From a virus (lineage: Duplodnaviria > Heunggongvirae > Uroviricota > Caudoviricetes), in IMG/VR virus record IMGVR_UViG_3300021387_000074: DNA of 64,000 nt; one strand, 5' to 3'. The translations under genes were made by a program, and so were the position numbers. The notes beneath the pieces were generated by a model that saw nothing but the letters and a program-made list of their open reading frames with translations, was not told where the DNA came from and searched no databases. Every line of letters starts with the position of its first letter. Within the stretch, counting starts at the first letter, position 1. Positions 51,293-62,900 of this stretch are shown one piece after another.

Positions 51293-53360
51293 CGAAAACT
51301 ATAAAGGACAAGCCAATAATGAATATGCAATATACCAGACACTTGATAATGGTAGAACCTGGACACCACTTGATATTGAAGTAGGTAAAAGCCTTACTTT
51401 ATCAGACAGAATTATATACGGTTCTACAAGCAATCAAGGACTTAGATACTCAGACGATGAAGGAGTTACAATAGTTCCATCTGACCATCCAAGTGGAAAC
51501 TATGACGGCATTACTTATGTAGATGAAACCCCTAAGAAAGTATACGCTCATAATATAGATACTGGAATGTTACTAGTATCTACCGAAGAAGGAAAGGACG
51601 GTATAGGTTCTGAGTGGGCAGAAGTTTGCAACATCCCAGAAGGAGATATAGATAATATAAAGGTTGTAGACGGTAAGGTTTATATAAAGACTAGTGACGG
51701 TTTAACAACTATTGAAAATAGTAATGTAGAAACTTTCCCAACTGCTAAACTGGAAAACGGAGAAATAGTAAGTGATAATTTAGACTCTTCTGATTATCCA
51801 GGAATTCTCGTTTATATTCTTAACTGTATTCTTCTCCCAAAACTAACAGTCAACCTAACTGGTATAAAAGACCCAAATGAAATGTCTCAGTTCTTAGACG
51901 GTATAACATATGGAAACTTAAGCTATAACTCTTTCTTCTCTAATAACCAATTATTTAATGGCGCTTCAACTTCTAAAGACTGGACAGAAGATGATTATAG
52001 ATCTTTACTAGGAATGTTTCCTATAGAACTTAAGACAGAAAGCTTCTTAAATTCAGATTATATCGACCCAGATACTCCTATTCTTTTAGGTAATAATAAA
52101 ATTGATAACTACCCAACTCTTAAAAGCACATTAGATATAATTGATAAGATACTAACAATTAAAAGAGAAAACGCTATTAAGAATATGGCTAAGAGTATAG
52201 CAGAAGTCGGCCTAGAGGAACCAGAAGTTCAAGCACTTGAAGATTTAGATTTGAGCCCAGAAGAATATGAGAACGCAGTTTATATGCAGAAATTATTCTT
52301 AGATGTTCAGAAGAGTTCCATAGTTTCTATTATGAGCACAGCTTTAAACTCTATTTATACTTTCGATACTGGTAGAAAAGTTGCATTGCTTAGAGCCGCT
52401 ATCTATGAAACAGTAAACAGAAGCGCTGGTGCGGTTCAGTATCAATTAAAGAATATAGAGAAGAAATTGGATAACCCAGATTTCACAATTACAGATAATG
52501 ACTTATCTCTAAACTATGATTTCTCTACTGGGCTAGAAACCGCTTTATCTAATTACTTTAATATAATCTTTAATAACATAGGTAAATATTTTGACGAGTC
52601 TACTTCAGGTAATAAAGAGGCCGCAGCAGTTTGGTATAAAAATGATTTTAGAGAAGACGCCCTAAGCGATTTACGCTCTACAGTTAAGACAATTAGTTTT
52701 AAATTTGAAGACGTTTTGCCAGAAGGTTTTAAAGAGTCAATCGAATCGGGTTTGAGAGAGGCCATTGAATACAATAAAACACGCAATGCCTTTATCTCTG
52801 AAATAGAAAGTATACTTACTGATGAAAGTGTTAATAGTATAGACACAAGTGTAATCGTAAATAAAGATTTTGCGGACGGTGTTAATGCTATACAAAATCT
52901 AACTAAAAGAGAAGAAATAATAGACGCTCTAAACAATATAAAATACAAGTCTTATGAATATACAAACGTAGAGAATATAAAATCTCTTACAAAACAATAT
53001 ATAGAGAACGTTTATAATTACTTAGTAGATAGAATTAAAGCCATTTTAGATGAAATAAAGTATGAAGAATATAATACAAATGAAGATGAAGATAGTAATA
53101 AAGACAGAGAAGCTTTAGAGATAGCCCTTATAGAAAAGTTTAAGAGTAGAGCCTTAGAGTTATTAGAAGTAATTTTTAATAAACATTTAGACAATATAGA
53201 GAGTGGCTATGACTATTACTATGAAATGATAGATAGAAAAATAAAAGAAAGTCTTAATGGTGGTAGTATAGATAATTTAGATAAATACCTTAAAGATATT
53301 GGTAGTAATAATTTTATATTACTAAAGAGTGCTTGGCTCAGTATGTGCGGGAGAATATAA
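51285..53360 (+). CDS. Structural protein with N-terminal Asp-box/BNR repeats
   Basis: TLDNGRTW, YSDDEGVT; TTG start after GAGGAG. Confidence 0.65.
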   Translation: MNNENYKGQANNEYAIYQTLDNGRTWTPLDIEVGKSLTLSDRIIYGSTSNQGLRYSDDEGVTIVPSDHPSGNYDGITYVDETPKKVYAHNIDTGMLLVSTEEGKDGIGSEWAEVCNIPEGDIDNIKVVDGKVYIKTSDGLTTIENSNVETFPTAKLENGEIVSDNLDSSDYPGILVYILNCILLPKLTVNLTGIKDPNEMSQFLDGITYGNLSYNSFFSNNQLFNGASTSKDWTEDDYRSLLGMFPIELKTESFLNSDYIDPDTPILLGNNKIDNYPTLKSTLDIIDKILTIKRENAIKNMAKSIAEVGLEEPEVQALEDLDLSPEEYENAVYMQKLFLDVQKSSIVSIMSTALNSIYTFDTGRKVALLRAAIYETVNRSAGAVQYQLKNIEKKLDNPDFTITDNDLSLNYDFSTGLETALSNYFNIIFNNIGKYFDESTSGNKEAAAVWYKNDFREDALSDLRSTVKTISFKFEDVLPEGFKESIESGLREAIEYNKTRNAFISEIESILTDESVNSIDTSVIVNKDFADGVNAIQNLTKREEIIDALNNIKYKSYEYTNVENIKSLTKQYIENVYNYLVDRIKAILDEIKYEEYNTNEDEDSNKDREALEIALIEKFKSRALELLEVIFNKHLDNIESGYDYYYEMIDRKIKESLNGGSIDNLDKYLKDIGSNNFILLKSAWLSMCGRI

Positions 53361-55280
53361 ATGGGAAGAACTTATAATAGTGAATCGGCTAGAAGAATTG
53401 GTTCTGCTGATAAGTTGAAATTTATAAAAGATTATTATGATGAGAGAGAGAATATACGGGTTCGTGGAAGTTCTACTCTTAGTAATTTATATGATGAGAA
53501 CTATGATGACACAGTGCTTAGAAATGTATGTTTAGAGTGTGCCTCGCAAATCAGAGATGCTTATTATGAAGGTGCTGAGTTGGTTGGTATGACTATGGAT
53601 ACTGGTAATCCTGGGTATACTTGGGTAGAGGCTAGTAGTTATTATCTAACTGGTTATGCGCCTGGTGTTAGTGAAGTTAGGGGGCTAGACAATACTCTTT
53701 ATAATTATCCGCTTAAAGACTTATGTGGAATATGGGATATGTTTAAGAAATATTCTTCTAATAGAAATGAAGAGATGACTTCTTGGGCGGCTTTAAAAGT
53801 ATTTGATGATCACTTTGCTCGTGTAAGACAAATAACAAAATACACACAGAAATATGAAACCGTTATGAAAGATGCGAATCTTAGTGGTGGATTACTAAGG
53901 GGATATAGTTTAAGTAAGAAGTACGAAGTTGTAGTAAAAGATACAGAGTTCAAACAATGGGATACAGATCCTAAGCCTATACTTCCTAGTATCTCAGACT
54001 TTAGGGGCTTAGTAAGTATGAATGGTAATTCTAAATCTGTTGTAAGCCTTTGCGATTCGCTAACTTATATGATTGCTAACATTAGTAGTTCTGAACCTAG
54101 TTGGGGAAACAAATTACTTATAAGTTCTTATACTGGTTCTAATAGTTATGCTGATGCTATTGCGGAGAATCTTACAGAGGCTGAGGCTGATACATTAATA
54201 GCTGAACTCCCAGAGTATTTAACATTTGAAGACGGGTATTTATTTATTAATGGAAAGAAAATAAGTGTAAAGAAAGAAGTACAGACTCCTGGAGATATAA
54301 AGAATCCATACGCTAATAATTTTAACACTGCTAGTCCAGATATAAAGAAAGAGATTTATAATTATTACCCAGAGATATATAGGGATAATATCTATAAAGT
54401 AACTGTTAGGGTATTTGTAGAACAAAAGACTAATTATGTTGATGAGCCAAACAGTGCGAGAATTCCTTATAAGAGAAGAATTAGTGATGCGGGAATACAG
54501 AGTTCTTGTAAAGATTTACAGCGGGCCCTAGAGAATGCTTACTCGGTTTATCTAAGTGCTGAACCAAATACAAGATGTGAGACTGGTGAGCCAACTATTT
54601 TCTACGAAGACAAGATTAACAGAATAAAAAGTGTAGTTAAAAACTCTGGCGCTTCTGCGGAAATACTTCAGAGAGTTAAGGCGTTATGCGGAGAGATAAA
54701 AGCTTGGGCTAAGACTAGAGGAAAAGACTTATATAAACAAACAATAGATGACAATAATGCTGGTGAATATATAGAGGCTCTTAGAAAAAGACTTGATAAG
54801 AATACTGGTACTATAATGAGATGGTATCAATCTTTAATAAGTATAGATGAAGAGTACAGAAAAGTACAAAAGAGTTCTGATATGACTAACTATGCTATTA
54901 GAGATATGCTTGTAACTAAAGCCGTAAATACTGACGACCCGAACTTATTCTTAAATCAGAATTGTCCTAGATACATAGACGTAGAGATGCCAGACTCATT
55001 GTATAATACTCTTGGTTATACTTTTAACAAAGGCGATACTATTTACATTGTAGATGACATTCATTCTGAAGTTGTTTCTAAGGTTGTAAATATAGAAATA
55101 ATTTCTGTAAGTTCTACTGATTATAGTAATGTAAATCTTGAAGATTATAATGGTGGAAAGATGAATGGAGCTATGACTAAATATAAAAACGCATACAGAA
55201 TAACTCTAGATAAAAACTTGCCAAACTATTACAGTAATGGTAATGACGTATCGACTTTAAGGGTTATGAAAATAATATAA
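53361..55280 (+). CDS. Hypothetical structural protein
   Basis: 639-aa ORF abutting upstream stop, in baseplate operon. Confidence 0.7.
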   Translation: MGRTYNSESARRIGSADKLKFIKDYYDERENIRVRGSSTLSNLYDENYDDTVLRNVCLECASQIRDAYYEGAELVGMTMDTGNPGYTWVEASSYYLTGYAPGVSEVRGLDNTLYNYPLKDLCGIWDMFKKYSSNRNEEMTSWAALKVFDDHFARVRQITKYTQKYETVMKDANLSGGLLRGYSLSKKYEVVVKDTEFKQWDTDPKPILPSISDFRGLVSMNGNSKSVVSLCDSLTYMIANISSSEPSWGNKLLISSYTGSNSYADAIAENLTEAEADTLIAELPEYLTFEDGYLFINGKKISVKKEVQTPGDIKNPYANNFNTASPDIKKEIYNYYPEIYRDNIYKVTVRVFVEQKTNYVDEPNSARIPYKRRISDAGIQSSCKDLQRALENAYSVYLSAEPNTRCETGEPTIFYEDKINRIKSVVKNSGASAEILQRVKALCGEIKAWAKTRGKDLYKQTIDDNNAGEYIEALRKRLDKNTGTIMRWYQSLISIDEEYRKVQKSSDMTNYAIRDMLVTKAVNTDDPNLFLNQNCPRYIDVEMPDSLYNTLGYTFNKGDTIYIVDDIHSEVVSKVVNIEIISVSSTDYSNVNLEDYNGGKMNGAMTKYKNAYRITLDKNLPNYYSNGNDVSTLRVMKII

Positions 55281-55290
55281 AGTTAACTGT

Positions 55291-55641
55291 ATGAGTTCAG
55301 ACAATATTGGTTTAGGCTTTTATGATGAAAACGGAATAACTTTTCAGACAGAAGGAAAGCATATAATAGAAAACGTTAAAAGAATTCTCACTACACGTCG
55401 CGGAGAAAGAATAGGCAACTTATCTTTCGGAAGTGATGTTTCAAAATATTTATTTATGCCTGACTTAACAATAGATGATTTAATAGCTGAAATCGTTAAC
55501 AGTATTAAGAGATGTGAGCCAAGAGTAACTGTTGAAGAGTGTTCTCTATATTCTAGAAAAGACTTTGATACAGTAGTAATAGATTTGAAGCTAAGGCTTA
55601 AATCTTCTGGTGAAATACTAGAAACAAGTGTAGAGTTATAG
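55291..55641 (+). CDS. Baseplate wedge subunit (gp25-like)
   Basis: ILTTRRGER...FGSD..YLF...EPRV. Confidence 0.9.
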   Translation: MSSDNIGLGFYDENGITFQTEGKHIIENVKRILTTRRGERIGNLSFGSDVSKYLFMPDLTIDDLIAEIVNSIKRCEPRVTVEECSLYSRKDFDTVVIDLKLRLKSSGEILETSVEL

Positions 55642-55649
55642 GAGTAAAG

Positions 55650-58600
55650 ATGTCAACACAAGTATTAACAGAGTTACCAAGAATACAACAGGCTGGTATG
55701 GACTTTGATACAGTAATATCAGAAATCAAAGACATACTTGCAAATAATCCAAACTGGGCAGAGAACTGGCCAGAGTTTTATGATTCAGAAGCAGGAACTA
55801 TGCTTATCCAGCTTATGGCATGGGTTATGGATAATATGTCAACAAAGCAAGATGTTCTTGTAAATGAGATGTTCTTATCTACAGCGCAAGACGACAAGAA
55901 TAAGTTGAAACTTTTAAAACAGATTGCGTATAATCCTAGACTTGCAAGCTCTTCAAAGGTTGCGGTAAGAATAGATTTCTCAGAAATGCCTACTACATTC
56001 ACTTACGTTACTCCTCCAAGAACTATTATATCTAATAGGGTTAATGAGATTTTAAGATTTAATTCTAAAGATATAAATGGTGCTTCTATACCTTGGGAGA
56101 TACTTTCAATCTCTGATGGCAAACCAGACTATCTTGACTCTGTTATAGTAAAGCCAGGACAGATTACATATGAGACAGATAAAAACAACAACACCATTTA
56201 TGCTTTGCAAGGTGAAACAAAATATAAAGAGTTTACAACAGAAACAAGCGACGGTGCTTTCTTTGATTTACAAGATTCAAATATAGCTGCGGACTCTATT
56301 CAGGTTTATATTACAAAAACAATGAAGCAACTCATTGAGGTTTCTTCTTTTGTAAATAAAGATGCTTTGGATAAATCTTTACCATATCCATATGTTATAG
56401 AAACAAATGAAGACAGAACTCTTAGATTGAGATTTGGAAACAAGAGTATTTTAAATGAATCAAGACTTCTTCCAGCTGGAACTACTATTTCTGTTTTCTA
56501 CAGAACAACAAAGGGTAGTGTAGGAAACATAAGCCCAGGGTTTATGAATGCGGCTGTTTCTTTAAAGGATGATGAGGGTAATTATTGGGGAGCAACAATT
56601 ACTAATGATTTGCTTGCTAATGGTGGAACAGATGAAGAGACAATAGAAGACGCAGTACTTAACGGACCACTTTCTTTGAGAACTATGGACCGCGCCGTAA
56701 CACCACAAGACTATAATATTATCCTTGATAGAAACCCTAATGTATTTAAGTCTAAGACTTATACATCTACAAACCAGCCAGATGGTTTCTTGAATTATTA
56801 TGGTAGATACATTAACCCACAAGAGGCTTTCTCTTTAGTTCTTTTAAATAAGAACTACAAAGACGTTCCATCTTCTGAGTATAACAACTTCCCTTGGATT
56901 ACTTTAACAAAAGAGCCAAGACTTAATGAGAAGTATGTTTTTGATAGTGGTGATTATGATAGTAATTGTTCATACTCAACTACCTACTACAATATGTCAA
57001 TCGTTCAGAGAGATGCTTCGATTAAATCATTTAAAAATGCAACAATTGTTAGTTTGAGTGATGACTTTAATAATGCTTTGTATAATGCAAATGGCTCGGA
57101 GAATGCTTTACTTAAACTTAAACTTTCTACAGAGAAGATTGCTTCTAACTTCTTTGATGATATAGAATTCAGTCTTGTTTATCCTAACAACTATTCTGGT
57201 GCTAGAAATTCTGTACTAACAATGGCTAATAACTATTTAGCTGCAGATGATAATGCCAAGTTTGTAACTGCATCTGCTTATGATGCAGCAACACCAATAG
57301 ACGTAAATAAAGGTAGATACATAACAGTTTCTTTTGATAATAAAAAAGCAATAACAATTGACCTTTGGGTAGATAGAGGAACTGATGAGTTTGGCGCTTA
57401 CAACGATTCAGAATATTATTTGTTGTGGACAAACACTGGAGATTTAAACGCAAAAGAAGTATGGGGAACAAATAAGACAAAGGTTGCAGCTTCTCACAGA
57501 AATGGTATTGTTGAAATCATTAACCAGTCTTTAGCACAACTTGAGATTGGAGAGGGGCAGGAGTTTGAAGAATATACAAGCGATACTTCTTATCAGTATT
57601 TCAACTTAAATATGGTAAGTGAATATGCCCCACTTCCAGCATTGCAGAGTGATGCTTACGAGTTTACTCTTTCAGTTAACGGCAAAGATTATAAGTTTAA
57701 AATGTCTAATGCTTTGTGGGTAAATGCTTGGAACGCAATGAACGCAGGTGTTTTAATACCAACAGAGTATAACTGGAAAAGTACAAAAGGTATGGCAATA
57801 ATGCTTAACTGGATTTTCCAAGAGAATGGTGGTGAACTTAAAGTATATGACACAACACAAGCCAACTGGGTTGAGCCAGAAGGTTTCCCACTTGCGGGGC
57901 TACACGCTGAAAGTCTTCAGACTTTAATCTTTGATACAGACTCAGACAATGACGACGATACAAACTTTAATAGCGTTTATAATGCTTACGACTTGGCAAT
58001 CAGAACAGTTGACCCAAGAATGCTTGTAAATAAAATTTATACAGATAATAATGGTGTTACTCATAACCTAAAAAATGTTTTATGGTTAGACGATAGTTAT
58101 TATGTTGGCTTTAATATGTTTGGACACACAATTAAAGGAAACGCTAACCAAGCAACTTCCTTGAGAGAGCTTATCCAAGAACCAACACAGGGTGCTAACT
58201 ATAACAACCTTGCTTCTTTTGAACTTATCTCAGACGATAGTTCGCTTGGATGGTTTAAACTTACTTCGCCAATTAAAGGAAACTCTTCAAGTATTAGTTT
58301 TAGATTTAATAATTCTAATGGCGGAGATTTTATGAAAGGAGTATTAAACTTATATTTCAATAATAGTGGATACTCTTACAAAGCATATGGTGTTAAGAAA
58401 GCATACTTGGTTAAGAATGACGCCTTGAGAGTTTATATCACACAAGATGGAAATGAAGCGACAATAGAGCAGAGAGTAGATGCTGGTAATGTAATCTTTG
58501 AAAACTCTTGTATTTATAATACTTATGACTTCACACAAATCTTTGCAAACTTTAAAGTTTCAGAAAGTGATAGTATAGTTCTTGGAAGTGTTTATGACAA

Positions 58601-59912
58601 CTTCTACTACAGCGGTAATGAAGCAATAGATTCATTACTTAAGAAAGAAATTGCTGGTATTGTTGGACAGTATATGGGATATACAATACTTGCAAACGGT
58701 GTTAAATCTTATTATATAGACGAGAACAAAACAGACCTTGATGTAAGATTTACTTCAAAGCCACAAGACACTAACTCTTTGTACGCTATCAGCTCTGATC
58801 TTGATGTTGTAAAGAGTGATAGAGTAAAACTCCTTACTGCTTGTATCACTGCTCCAATTAACGGAACAATTGTTATGCAGATTGATGACAATGAACCAAT
58901 AATTGCAGACTTATCTACTTGCAAAAACGGTACAGAGATAACTGATTTACTCTTGAAACTTTTAAAGAACACAGAAGCTACTTCTGATTTAAACACAAAT
59001 AGAAATACAATTGTAAGAAATTCTTACACTTGCTTGAATCAAATACAGATACAGAACCTTAACAGAAATAATGGTAGTATCAAGTTCTCTTATTTGAATG
59101 GCACAGAAGAGTCTACTAATGATTTAGCATATAGACAATTCCTTGGAACAAACAAGACAAACACAGAGCTATATAACCTTTATCCTATTGAGTCTGTAGA
59201 TAGTGATTGTGTTAAATACATAGACGAAGAGGAATATTACTTCTGCCCTACAAGAGATAAAGACTTAGTATTCAGATACAGAAAGCTTATGGAAGAAATA
59301 AATTCTGAAACTGGTGAGTCAACTATTGTTAGCCGCCCCGCAGACTTCTACATAACAATAGAAGGTGCTTCAAATGGCGACCAGAATTCTTATAGATTTG
59401 TTTTGCATAAAACAGAGAACTCTAGATTCCCAGATACTTATTTCTATGTACACTTTATCAACGACAAATCTTATGACTTTGATAGTAATGGTAAAATAAA
59501 AGAAACAGACGAAACAATATTACAGTCTTATATGGATAAATATAAAATCTCTGGAACTGATATAACATTTATTTCACCTTACTTTAGAACATATGATGTT
59601 GCGGCTACAATTAAATACAACGCTAACTTCTCAGAAGCTGAAGTTGTACAGGCTGTAAACAAAGCAGTTGATGATATCTGTAATATAAAATACTCAGAGA
59701 TTGCTGGTTCTATGTCAAGAGCGAAAATCTTAAAAGCCATTATGAACTGTGATGGTGTAGAAGATTGTAAGATTACTTACTTTGGCTATGACTACGATGG
59801 TGGTTCTCCTTCTACAGATACATTAACCGCAGACTTCTATGAAATTCTTTGCTTGAATGATTCTGACGGCTCTTCTTCTGGAAAGATTTTTACATTTGAA
59901 ATGGTTGGATAA
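55650..59912 (+). CDS. Baseplate wedge subunit (gp6/baseplate J-like) with large internal insertion
   Basis: DFD.V, SEAG.MLI, NEMFLSTAQ, LRFGN, GG.DEET, DRAVTPQDY; C-terminal DGVEDC. Confidence 0.88.
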   Translation: MSTQVLTELPRIQQAGMDFDTVISEIKDILANNPNWAENWPEFYDSEAGTMLIQLMAWVMDNMSTKQDVLVNEMFLSTAQDDKNKLKLLKQIAYNPRLASSSKVAVRIDFSEMPTTFTYVTPPRTIISNRVNEILRFNSKDINGASIPWEILSISDGKPDYLDSVIVKPGQITYETDKNNNTIYALQGETKYKEFTTETSDGAFFDLQDSNIAADSIQVYITKTMKQLIEVSSFVNKDALDKSLPYPYVIETNEDRTLRLRFGNKSILNESRLLPAGTTISVFYRTTKGSVGNISPGFMNAAVSLKDDEGNYWGATITNDLLANGGTDEETIEDAVLNGPLSLRTMDRAVTPQDYNIILDRNPNVFKSKTYTSTNQPDGFLNYYGRYINPQEAFSLVLLNKNYKDVPSSEYNNFPWITLTKEPRLNEKYVFDSGDYDSNCSYSTTYYNMSIVQRDASIKSFKNATIVSLSDDFNNALYNANGSENALLKLKLSTEKIASNFFDDIEFSLVYPNNYSGARNSVLTMANNYLAADDNAKFVTASAYDAATPIDVNKGRYITVSFDNKKAITIDLWVDRGTDEFGAYNDSEYYLLWTNTGDLNAKEVWGTNKTKVAASHRNGIVEIINQSLAQLEIGEGQEFEEYTSDTSYQYFNLNMVSEYAPLPALQSDAYEFTLSVNGKDYKFKMSNALWVNAWNAMNAGVLIPTEYNWKSTKGMAIMLNWIFQENGGELKVYDTTQANWVEPEGFPLAGLHAESLQTLIFDTDSDNDDDTNFNSVYNAYDLAIRTVDPRMLVNKIYTDNNGVTHNLKNVLWLDDSYYVGFNMFGHTIKGNANQATSLRELIQEPTQGANYNNLASFELISDDSSLGWFKLTSPIKGNSSSISFRFNNSNGGDFMKGVLNLYFNNSGYSYKAYGVKKAYLVKNDALRVYITQDGNEATIEQRVDAGNVIFENSCIYNTYDFTQIFANFKVSESDSIVLGSVYDNFYYSGNEAIDSLLKKEIAGIVGQYMGYTILANGVKSYYIDENKTDLDVRFTSKPQDTNSLYAISSDLDVVKSDRVKLLTACITAPINGTIVMQIDDNEPIIADLSTCKNGTEITDLLLKLLKNTEATSDLNTNRNTIVRNSYTCLNQIQIQNLNRNNGSIKFSYLNGTEESTNDLAYRQFLGTNKTNTELYNLYPIESVDSDCVKYIDEEEYYFCPTRDKDLVFRYRKLMEEINSETGESTIVSRPADFYITIEGASNGDQNSYRFVLHKTENSRFPDTYFYVHFINDKSYDFDSNGKIKETDETILQSYMDKYKISGTDITFISPYFRTYDVAATIKYNANFSEAEVVQAVNKAVDDICNIKYSEIAGSMSRAKILKAIMNCDGVEDCKITYFGYDYDGGSPSTDTLTADFYEILCLNDSDGSSSGKIFTFEMVG

Positions 59913-59919
59913 TATAGTT

Positions 59920-59961
59920 CTTTGCTCCTAAAAGTTAATTATAAGATTTTTAGGAGCAAAG
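59920..59961 (+). promoter_or_regulatory. 14-bp hairpin sequestering the SD, with late motif AAGTTAAT in the loop
   Basis: CTTTGCTCCTAAAA ... TTTTAGGAGCAAAG-ATG. Confidence 0.75.
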
Positions 59962-62900
59962 ATGACATTTATAGAGCCTTCTCTAGAAAAGGTATTTCAA
60001 ACATTAGTAGACAACAACGAATTAATAAATCATTTAAAAAGCCAAGATTACTTAGTTACTAAAAGTTCTTTGTATGATACATATACAAGAGAACAAGTAC
60101 AAGACATGGAAGTTGCTATTTACACCAACAATGTAAACACTCTTTATGAATTGGCTCAGGTTCTATTAAACTTTTCTGACGAAATAAAAAATAATCAAAT
60201 ATGGTATCTCTTAAGCCACAAGATTGCTTGGCAAGAAATTAGTGCTTGTATTGGTATAGAACCAAAATATTTAAATCCAGAAACTTATAAACTCATAATG
60301 TATACTTACAAGTACTGCGTTGTTTCTTCATTCTTCCAGAACAATAAAGATAGATTCATTCCAGAAGCTGACTTCCTTGAAATGGAGAAGAATAGTGTTG
60401 GCAGTGCTTTCTATGATGCTATGGCTAAAGAGTTTGATAAACTCGATGAAGTAATTAATAAGTGTCTTGAATACAGAGATTATGATACTATTCCTTACGA
60501 CTTAATAAACTATCTCACACAGCTTCTTGGTTTTGAGAAGAAAGACATAAATGCCGATACAGAAACAGAACAAAGTTTTAGAGAGCTTGCTAAAAACATA
60601 TTAGACATATATAGAATAAAAGGTACAAACTATTCATTTGAATTATTCTTTAATTTCTTAGGTTTCAATATTAAAATAAGTGAATACTATTTTGATAGAC
60701 GTTTGTATTACACAACAAGTAATGCTGGTAACGAAGAAACAGAAACTTCTAACAATGCTGAGTTTGAATACTATTTGACAACTGTAAATCCAGCTGACAA
60801 CAAATTGCCAAACATTGGTATTAGTGAGATTGTTTCTCCTAGCGATATAACACCTCAGTATTCCCTTCTTGAGTTTAATAAACTCTGCCAAGAATACGGC
60901 CCAGCCGCTGTTCTTGGTTATTCTCCAATTTACCCAGTTTATAACAGTAATGGTGATTTAATAGAATACAAGAAATACGAAGGCAAAGTTTATAAATACT
61001 TTAAGACTAATGTTATATACTACACAGTTGGTGTAGATATGAGCAATCCTACAGAGAAACAATTAACTGCCGTAACTAAATATTTGGAGTTCTTAACACC
61101 TTCATACGTTATGAGAACTATCAAGGTAAATACTTATAGTGAGAAATCAGAAGAGCCTATAGGATTTGACGGCGATGGTAATGAAACTCCAGATGCTTAT
61201 GGAAACTATAATGCATTCCAAATGCTTGATAGTGAAGACTGGTCACAGCATTTTAAAGATGAATATACGTCTAGTTCAACTAGCGGTTTGCTAAAAGTAA
61301 CAGACGAAAACAATTACGACGGAAAAGAAGAAACTTATAAGACTTACACAAACTCTGTTGGAACAAATAAATTCAGATTGCCACTCGGAAGAAAAACAAT
61401 ATCTAAATCTGTTAGTAGATATTTGCATGGCGGCGATGGTGTTAATAAGCCAGGTGCTAGAAGATTGAAGTTCTATATCCTACATACACTTGATGGTGTA
61501 GAAACTGACGACTGGGGCGCACAAAATGTTATCATAGCACCTTATTATACAGTTCCACCATTCGTTGGCGCTGAGAACTATACAACTATCAAAAATGCTT
61601 GGGATAAACCAACTAAGAAAATAAACTTAACTGGTGGTGATGGTGAAGGTGGAGAAGAATGTTTAAAGACTCAAATCAGAGATGCTGATTTGAGAACTGC
61701 CGTTAATTATGTTACAGATAAAACAATTGATGATTTCATACAAGAGGCAGAGTTTAATGAACTTAAATATGGTAAAACATTCGCTAAGAAACTTGTAAAG
61801 GTTAGAACTATTGCTTATGGAACTGGTAAATATAAAAGCGCTTATGATGCTTACTTATGGGAATTTAACCAGAACAATACTCACATTTGTAATATAAGTT
61901 GCCCATTCGGAACATTTAATAAAGAAATACTTCATAAAGATGAAACTGCTTCTAACAAATCAACATTTGACACAGAACTATATGAAGATTCTTTAATATC
62001 TAATTATAGCAAGAATGATATCCTTAAGAACCTAAATTTCGGTGACTATGTTTTAGGATACTCTGGTGATTTAAATAGTGGTAAATTAAATCTTTACAGA
62101 TATGGATATACTCCTTACCCAATCGCTGGTGATAGCAATCAGTATGCCGCTACTTATCTAAATTACTTGAATAGTTTTGAGTATGAAGTAAAGAAAGATT
62201 ATAATGGAACACTTAGCAATGTTGAAAGTGTTAATCTTCCGACTAGTTATATAACAAAGCAAACTGTTTTGGAAGCACAGCAGTATGTTGATCAACTTAG
62301 AGAAGGAATGATAGAGGCGGCAAATAGCAAGCCACAAAGTGACTGGCTGCCTTTAGATTATATAACAAGCAAGTTGTTCTACATTGCTGCAGATGGTGAA
62401 TACTACAGAGCTGTTAAGGTTCCAGCTTATAATGGTATTTCTAATAACACATACCCAAGTGGAAAAAATCACAACTTCTCAACATTGAATGAAGCTCTTA
62501 CATACTTCAATAACAATCCAGATGAGAAAGTAAATAATGCAGAATTCTATGTTAGTTCTACAACAGATAAAGGTTTATATACATTTAAGTATAAGAACAG
62601 AATTAACGGTTGCTTGATATACTCTACTGCAGATGAGAAACTTTATTATGTAACTGGTTCTTCAAGACAAGATATTAAAGAGATTAAGAATTGGTTCGGA
62701 AACCTTTCTATCAACTCTTATGTAGAAGACTCTGATGGAGAATATTATGAAGACTCTAATGGTCTTATGAATAAATATGTTAATGGAGTAACAGCTAGTA
62801 AACGCTATTCTCTTTCTGCAAATGGTAATATCGTAAAAGCAGAAATAAATAAATATGATTACTATTGGAAAGGTTATGACGAAGCAGCCGACGAAGAAGA

